A stretch of DNA of 64,000 nucleotides. Origin: Promethearchaeota archaeon Loki_b31 (lineage in GTDB: Archaea > Asgardarchaeota > Lokiarchaeia > Sigyniarchaeales > SOKP01). Of this stretch, positions 59,055 through 64,000 are shown piece by piece. Positions within the stretch are counted from its first letter, which is position 1, and every line of letters starts with the position of its first letter. The stretch spans positions 1-64,000 of the forward strand of contig NJBI01000001.1 in NCBI GenBank assembly GCA_005222975.1, in the 5' to 3' direction. The notes below the pieces were generated by a model. That model saw only the letters and a list, made by a program, of their open reading frames with translations, was not told the DNA's origin and searched no databases. The translations under genes and the position numbers were made by a program.

Positions 59055-59318
59055 TTACTCGTCCTGATTTTCTGTGTTAAACTCAAGATTTAAACTTTCG
59101 GCAAGTTTAAACCCTACTTCAAAGAAGTTCTTCATCGATTTATAGAAGATATCTCCTATAATATCGCCTAATTCTGCATTAGGTTCAGACGATGTCTCAA
59201 TTTTTCCAGGGATATTTAATTCTTTTATAAGATCCTCTTTTCTTTGCTCTAATTCTTCGCTTAAACTGTTTAAATTTATTTGAAAATCGTTCAGTTCTGA
59301 ACTTTGGCTCTTTTCCAT
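59055..59318 (-). CDS. Small acidic helical protein homologous to N-terminus of adjacent PlsC-like protein
   Basis: ATG with upstream GAGGT; shares ETSSE-N and DxxxDIFYxxxKxxxxxGxxxxxxLxxE with 59346..60041. Confidence 0.7.
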   Translation of the reverse strand: MEKSQSSELNDFQINLNSLSEELEQRKEDLIKELNIPGKIETSSEPNAELGDIIGDIFYKSMKNFFEVGFKLAESLNLEFNTENQDE

Positions 59319-59345
59319 AATAAAACCTCATTTTTATGTTTAATT

Positions 59346-60041
59346 TTATGCTTCTTCAATATCGGGTTGTGGTTTAAGGGAATCAATAATTCTTAATATA
59401 TCCTCAGCGAGTTCATATCTCTCATCTCGATATTTTGGTCGAGATAATCGATTTTCTACCTTAAGCGGGGCCCCGATTTTTACTCTTAACCCCTGTGATT
59501 TAAACATACCTAAAATTTTCGCGTTTTCCGTGTATATTGCTATGGGGATTATAGGAGCCTTTCCAGCAACCGCAAATTTAATGATTCCCGCCATTGCTTT
59601 CACTTGAATTTCGGGGGTAAGTTTTGATTCTGGCGTCATGGCTACAAGATCCCCAACTTCGTTAAGATAGTGGAACACCTTATCTATAGGCACGGTATCG
59701 TCCTTATCGAGAGTACTGCGAAACATGCCTAACGACTTAAGAACGGGACCGTACATTTGATTCTTCATTAGTTTATGATGAACCATAAAATGAATTCTTC
59801 GTCCTGAAACTTGACTTATAATCGCCATGTCTCTTAACGCGTTGTCGCTTATCGTCGTTAATATCGCTTTTCCTATAGTAGGTATGTTTTCCCTTCCCTC
59901 AATTTTTAAGTCTGCGAATGCCGTTAAACCAAAGTTTCCTAAACCTTTGGTAACTGCGTAGAAAATATCTTGCATAAGATCCTTACTAAGCATCTTATCT
60001 TTTCCTTTCGTTTCGTTCTCCTCGGAAGATGTTTCAACCAT
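59346..60041 (-). CDS. PlsC/lysophospholipid acyltransferase-family protein with degenerate catalytic motifs
   Basis: IEGRENIP, RRIHFM, LKSLGMF, APIIPIAI, VKIGAPL. NHxxxxD appears as TISDNALRD and FPEGT as TPESK. Confidence 0.8.
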   Translation of the reverse strand: MVETSSEENETKGKDKMLSKDLMQDIFYAVTKGLGNFGLTAFADLKIEGRENIPTIGKAILTTISDNALRDMAIISQVSGRRIHFMVHHKLMKNQMYGPVLKSLGMFRSTLDKDDTVPIDKVFHYLNEVGDLVAMTPESKLTPEIQVKAMAGIIKFAVAGKAPIIPIAIYTENAKILGMFKSQGLRVKIGAPLKVENRLSRPKYRDERYELAEDILRIIDSLKPQPDIEEA

Positions 60042-60055
60042 CTTTTTTCCCTCGT

Positions 60056-60250
60056 TTATAGTTTGTCTATGAAATTATTAACTTCCTCCATCCGTCTCTC
60101 GTAATATTCCTTTAACTCTTTTTCGGAAACAAATGAAGGGATTACTTTTTCTAAATAAATATCAAATATTGTCGATAATTTTGTTTTATGCTGCAAGGAC
60201 TCGAGAAATTCTCCGCCCAAGTCCTTTAATTGCTTAAAAAATTCTGTCAT
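60056..60250 (-). CDS. Small helical hypothetical protein
   Basis: 64 aa, ATG start, ends 14 bp before the PlsC-like start. Confidence 0.65.
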   Translation of the reverse strand: MTEFFKQLKDLGGEFLESLQHKTKLSTIFDIYLEKVIPSFVSEKELKEYYERRMEEVNNFIDKL

Positions 60251-60411
60251 TTTGCTTCTCTTTTATTAAAAATTGGACAATATTTTAATAACTTTAGTAG
60301 ATATGTTTTTTCTTATTTTAATCAAATATTCGTTTATCTAATTTAAAGGTTGTAAATCCAATAATAGTTTGAAAAGTATGATATCAAAAGATTATAATAT
60401 TAAACTCGAAA

Positions 60412-61437
60412 TTAATCTACTTGATCCCATTTACCACAACGAGAGCCCCAGCGCGCTATAATTTTATTTCCCTCTTGAGGCATCTTTACTTGGACTATTT
60501 CGCAATTATTGGGACAGTCTCCGCAATTAAACGCTGAGGTTGTGAATTCAATTTCTGATACTTCGAGTCCTCGAAATACAGTTTGATGTTCGTGCTCTAA
60601 ATAGAAATCTCTAACTAAAATTGCCATTCCTAAAGCCCCCATTAGGACGTTATATTTAGGAACAATTACTTTGCAACCTAAATGTCTTTCAAATGCTTCA
60701 ATGATCCCTTCGTTGTAAGAAACGCCACCTTGGAACACAATGGGTTCTTCTAAGTCTTTACCCTTGCCTACATTATTCATATAATTGCGAACAAGAGAAT
60801 CGCATAAGCCTGCAATAATATCCTCCTTGGTGTAACCCGCGTTTTGCTTGTGAATCATATCGGATTCTGCGAATACAGTGCATCTTCCCGCAATACTCAC
60901 AGGATTTTTTGATTTTATAGCGTAAGCGCCAAACTCCTCTATAACAATCCCAAGCCTCGCTGCTTGATGATCGAGAAAGGAACCCGTTCCCGCAGCGCAT
61001 ACAGAATTCATCGCAAAATCTACAATTATTCCGTCCCGTAGAATGATAATTTTCGAATCTTGACCGCCAATTTCTAATATCGTTCTTACATCGGGATAGA
61101 TAGTCTGTGCCGCAACAGCGTGGGCAATTATCTCAGTTTTAGCGAGATCTGCACCAACGATTGCTTTTGTCAAATACCGTGCTGAACCTGTGGTACCACA
61201 ACAACGTATCGCGTATTCGCCTAAATTTTCGCTTTGTTCTATGTTATCGCGTAACTCTGCCATTCCTGCCTTGGCTGAGTCGATGGGAGAACCTCTATTT
61301 CGTAAAAATACGCTAGTAAGTAAATTTCCATCTGTATCCATTAGAACAAATTTGCAACTCACGCTTCCTATGTCAATACCAAGGAAAGCATCTTTTGTTT
61401 TTCCCTCTTTAACAACTTTTTCCTTAACTTCTACCAT
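60412..61437 (-). CDS. ATP-dependent [4Fe-4S] activator (BcrAD/BadFG/HgdC family) with C-terminal CxxCxxxC...C motif
   Basis: GIDIGSVSCK, TTGSAR, EIIAHA, EIGGQDSK, MNSVCAAGTGSFL, RCTVFAESD, FQGGV, CGDCPNNC...SRCGKW. Confidence 0.93.
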   Translation of the reverse strand: MVEVKEKVVKEGKTKDAFLGIDIGSVSCKFVLMDTDGNLLTSVFLRNRGSPIDSAKAGMAELRDNIEQSENLGEYAIRCCGTTGSARYLTKAIVGADLAKTEIIAHAVAAQTIYPDVRTILEIGGQDSKIIILRDGIIVDFAMNSVCAAGTGSFLDHQAARLGIVIEEFGAYAIKSKNPVSIAGRCTVFAESDMIHKQNAGYTKEDIIAGLCDSLVRNYMNNVGKGKDLEEPIVFQGGVSYNEGIIEAFERHLGCKVIVPKYNVLMGALGMAILVRDFYLEHEHQTVFRGLEVSEIEFTTSAFNCGDCPNNCEIVQVKMPQEGNKIIARWGSRCGKWDQVD

Positions 61438-61455
61438 ATAATCTCACCTTTATCA

Positions 61456-62646
61456 TTAAACCGAATTTTGAATTAATTGAACGCATTCATTATAAAATAA
61501 ATCGCCATAATGCGGATAAATCTTTTTATTACCATTTGCTATGAATTTGGCGTTATTTTCAATTTCTTTATTCCTACGACCATACATTAGGTCAGAAAAT
61601 GCTTCTAACCTAGTCCTGAAGCCAGCCAATCCGCTCTGCTCGTCGAAAGAGAAGTAAATAATAGGAAGGTCGTATATTCCCTTAAGTTTATTAGTTATAA
61701 TCGTTCGAGCCGTCACTTCCGGCATACATAAGAACGGATATTGATGAACGAATCCATCAAATCCCGCTTGAGCTTTGTCTATATATTCCCCTAGCACCCA
61801 TTGGCATTCCCCGCCAATATCCATCGGAACATAAGGTCGTGAAAGGTGTTCCAACCACTTTCTGTGATAATTTAAATGGAATTTATGGACAACCCAGTCG
61901 TATAAGCTTAAGCTCTGGTGTACTTCAATGTTCATCTCACCCAGCTTTCTACGGATATCTAAGTTTACGTAGGGTTCCAAACTAATGTGAATCTCTCCCG
62001 AAACCCCAACCCGTAGAGGATTTCGGGTTTTATCTGTATCTAAATTGCTAAAATCTTGCTTAATAACGCTTTTGAATTTTTTCAATTCTGGGAGCGTATT
62101 AGTTTGATCAAGCTTATTTAATAAGTTTTTAATTAAATCCGTCGTATCCCCCTGATTGCGCTCGTAAGCTCGGAAGATACCTTCAGCAGTTTGAATATCA
62201 TTTAATAGCTTAGCTTTTTTTATGAAAAAAATAACAGCCTTAACGAATTTTGTATACATAAACAAATCTTTTCGACCACTAACTTCTTGAAGAGTTTTGA
62301 CCCATTTGAAATCAAGTAAATCTGCTTGGTCTAAAGGAATTACAGTGATGTCTTTATAACCCATATCTTTTAAAATGCGTTCTTGGACGCTAGCATAAAA
62401 GCCAAATCTACACGGCCCGCAATCAATTGCCATGATCAGCGTATCTGCTCCTTTTTCTATAGCATTCACGAAATCCCCAATAGTCGCTTTAAACGGGAAG
62501 CACACAAATTCGGGGGAATACTTGACTCCGATTTTAATTGCTTCTCGATTCGTTGGATCTGGAATAATTACATCTAGACCAAGGCTTGTAAATAAGGTTT
62601 TGAAGGCTACCCAGTTGGGGCCCATATTGGGAAAAGAAATTATCAT
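61456..62646 (-). CDS. 2-hydroxyacyl-CoA dehydratase D (HGD-D)-like reductase subunit, PlsR-like
   Basis: SPEFVCFPFK, CGPCRFGFY, VSGEI, PFLCMPE, DEQSGLAGFRTRLEAF. Confidence 0.82.
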   Translation of the reverse strand: MIISFPNMGPNWVAFKTLFTSLGLDVIIPDPTNREAIKIGVKYSPEFVCFPFKATIGDFVNAIEKGADTLIMAIDCGPCRFGFYASVQERILKDMGYKDITVIPLDQADLLDFKWVKTLQEVSGRKDLFMYTKFVKAVIFFIKKAKLLNDIQTAEGIFRAYERNQGDTTDLIKNLLNKLDQTNTLPELKKFKSVIKQDFSNLDTDKTRNPLRVGVSGEIHISLEPYVNLDIRRKLGEMNIEVHQSLSLYDWVVHKFHLNYHRKWLEHLSRPYVPMDIGGECQWVLGEYIDKAQAGFDGFVHQYPFLCMPEVTARTIITNKLKGIYDLPIIYFSFDEQSGLAGFRTRLEAFSDLMYGRRNKEIENNAKFIANGNKKIYPHYGDLFYNECVQLIQNSV

Positions 62647-62891
62647 TTCTTGAAAAAATCCTCAAGTTAATAGTCAGTATCTTTGTTTAAAGAATTTAAC
62701 TTAATTTTACTCAATCAAGTATTTGATTAAATAAAAAATTACCCAATACAAACAGATTATCAATTGTATGATAATTTTAATAAAAAAACTGAGTAAAATT
62801 AATAAATAAATTGCATAGAAAAATTGAATTATAAGATTATTTCGTTTGATTTTTTAAAATGGTTTATAAAAAATAGTTAATGGTTATTTCA

Positions 62892-63959
62892 TTAAGCAGA
62901 TTTAATCGTTAATTTATTTCTTTTCCCAACTGTTAACCCCTTTTTCTTTCTTCGGATCATTTCGACAAAACTTTCTACTCTTGTGAGCAATCCGGCTTCC
63001 CCGCTGTGCTCGTCCATTATAATTTCTAAAAAGGGAAGTCCTACAATTTTCATGTCTCTCATGATCAGTTCAGAGATAAGGCTATCTGGTCCGCATGCGA
63101 AGCTGATTAAGAAAATTACGCCATCTATTTCGTCGCGTCCTTTAGTAAGGAAAAATCGAATAGCCTGCATAATTTCCTCTTCGTGTCTCCAATAATTTTG
63201 TAATTTTGCCCCTCTGGGGTTCACTATAACGGGCTTCTTGAAAATCGATTCTGGCAGATTTTCTATGGTAATGTGATCAACTCCTTGGTCTTTCAATTTT
63301 TTTTGAAAATCGAGGTTAATAAAAGTATCAAATATATTATAACCATGCCCTAATAGCAAAAATCGTATATCTCCTTCGCTTTTTCTTTTTGGTAAGGTAA
63401 AAGGGCGATTTCTTTCGACTAACCTTAAAGCGTGGTTAACTGAGGCGCCCTCTCTAAGAAACTCGTGATAATCGTCGAAATATTTTTGCGCTTCTTTATA
63501 AGCATTTAAGGCTTTGCTTTGGCTTTTCCCTAGTTGCTTTCCGAGTTCAACGGCAGCTGTCGATATTGGAAACTCTTTAACATTTACTTCAAAATTTAAA
63601 ATCCTTGGAACGCCAGGTAGAATTTTAATCACATCTGGTAAAGACAAAAATTTAGGGCAAAAGTACGAATCTTTTACTTCCGAAACATACCTAGGCACAA
63701 AAACAAAGTCTAAATCAGGATGATCTTTTACTAACCTTAAGAGTTGACCGTAATATATCTTGACTGGAATACACAACTCTCCGAATCCGTGTGTTACGCC
63801 CTCCTCAACGATTTTCTTGTTTGTAAGGGGACTTATAACGATTTCAGCGTCCAGTTCTTCCAGTAGTTTTTTCCAAAATGGAAAATATCTATAAAAATGA
63901 AGTGCCCTTGGTATCCCTACTTTGATCCGTTTCTTCTCTGTTTGTTGAAGTTCTTCCAT
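62892..63959 (-). CDS. DUF2229 acyl-CoA dehydratase activase-related protein (PlsA C-terminal domain-like)
   Basis: VGIPRAL, ELCIPVKIYYG, CPKF, SFACGPDS, DEHSGEAGLLTRVESF. Start moved to ATG 63959, which overlaps an upstream TAA (ORF track gives GTG 63968). Confidence 0.85.
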   Translation of the reverse strand: MEELQQTEKKRIKVGIPRALHFYRYFPFWKKLLEELDAEIVISPLTNKKIVEEGVTHGFGELCIPVKIYYGQLLRLVKDHPDLDFVFVPRYVSEVKDSYFCPKFLSLPDVIKILPGVPRILNFEVNVKEFPISTAAVELGKQLGKSQSKALNAYKEAQKYFDDYHEFLREGASVNHALRLVERNRPFTLPKRKSEGDIRFLLLGHGYNIFDTFINLDFQKKLKDQGVDHITIENLPESIFKKPVIVNPRGAKLQNYWRHEEEIMQAIRFFLTKGRDEIDGVIFLISFACGPDSLISELIMRDMKIVGLPFLEIIMDEHSGEAGLLTRVESFVEMIRRKKKGLTVGKRNKLTIKSA

Positions 63960-64000
63960 TAATTCCACTTAAATTCTCGTTTAGGCATCTGGGCTGTCGT
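63959..64000 (-). CDS. 3' end of an upstream gene running off the window
   Basis: Open frame ...TTAQMPKREFKWN* whose TAA overlaps the ATG of the DUF2229 gene (TAATG coupling). Confidence 0.4.
   Translation of the reverse strand, partial: TTAQMPKREFKWN

Noticed and set aside
1-64000. tRNA, rRNA, CRISPR array, IS/transposase, integrase
   Set aside because: No cloverleaf or T-loop signatures, no long GC-rich RNA segment, no regularly spaced repeat-spacer array, and no DDE or tyrosine/serine recombinase motifs seen by eye. A covariance-model scan could still find small RNAs.

Overview
AT-rich archaeal chromosomal window, most likely from an Asgard archaeon (Lokiarchaeia-like). This is inferred from Alba, an alpha3-type histone, an S26B signal peptidase, a nurA-herA-mre11/rad50 locus, and longin-like and Rab-like proteins. 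It holds about 55 protein genes. I found no tRNA, rRNA, CRISPR array, transposase or integrase. Highlights: (1) A ~9.4 kb block between alba and the histone gene is bounded by a 63-bp direct repeat. It carries a 7TM-longin sensor, a winged-helix regulator and three tandem units that share a ~100-bp palindromic promoter module; two of the units encode different surface proteins with the same C-terminal anchor. (2) A single-polypeptide Mre11-Rad50 fusion has no zinc hook. (3) At the right end, a split PlsA/PlsR/Ger-like (anaerobic plasmalogen/ether-lipid synthase-like) gene set lies next to a catalytically degenerate PlsC-like acyltransferase. (4) An MttB + corrinoid protein + homocysteine methyltransferase operon is present. 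(5) Several candidate eukaryote-like proteins occur: mu-homology-like, C2-like, pseudo-Rab beside two stand-alone 7TM proteins, and GIFT-RHH-SAP. (6) A sugar transporter is doubly frameshifted at simple repeats. All family assignments come from manual motif recognition, not database searches.
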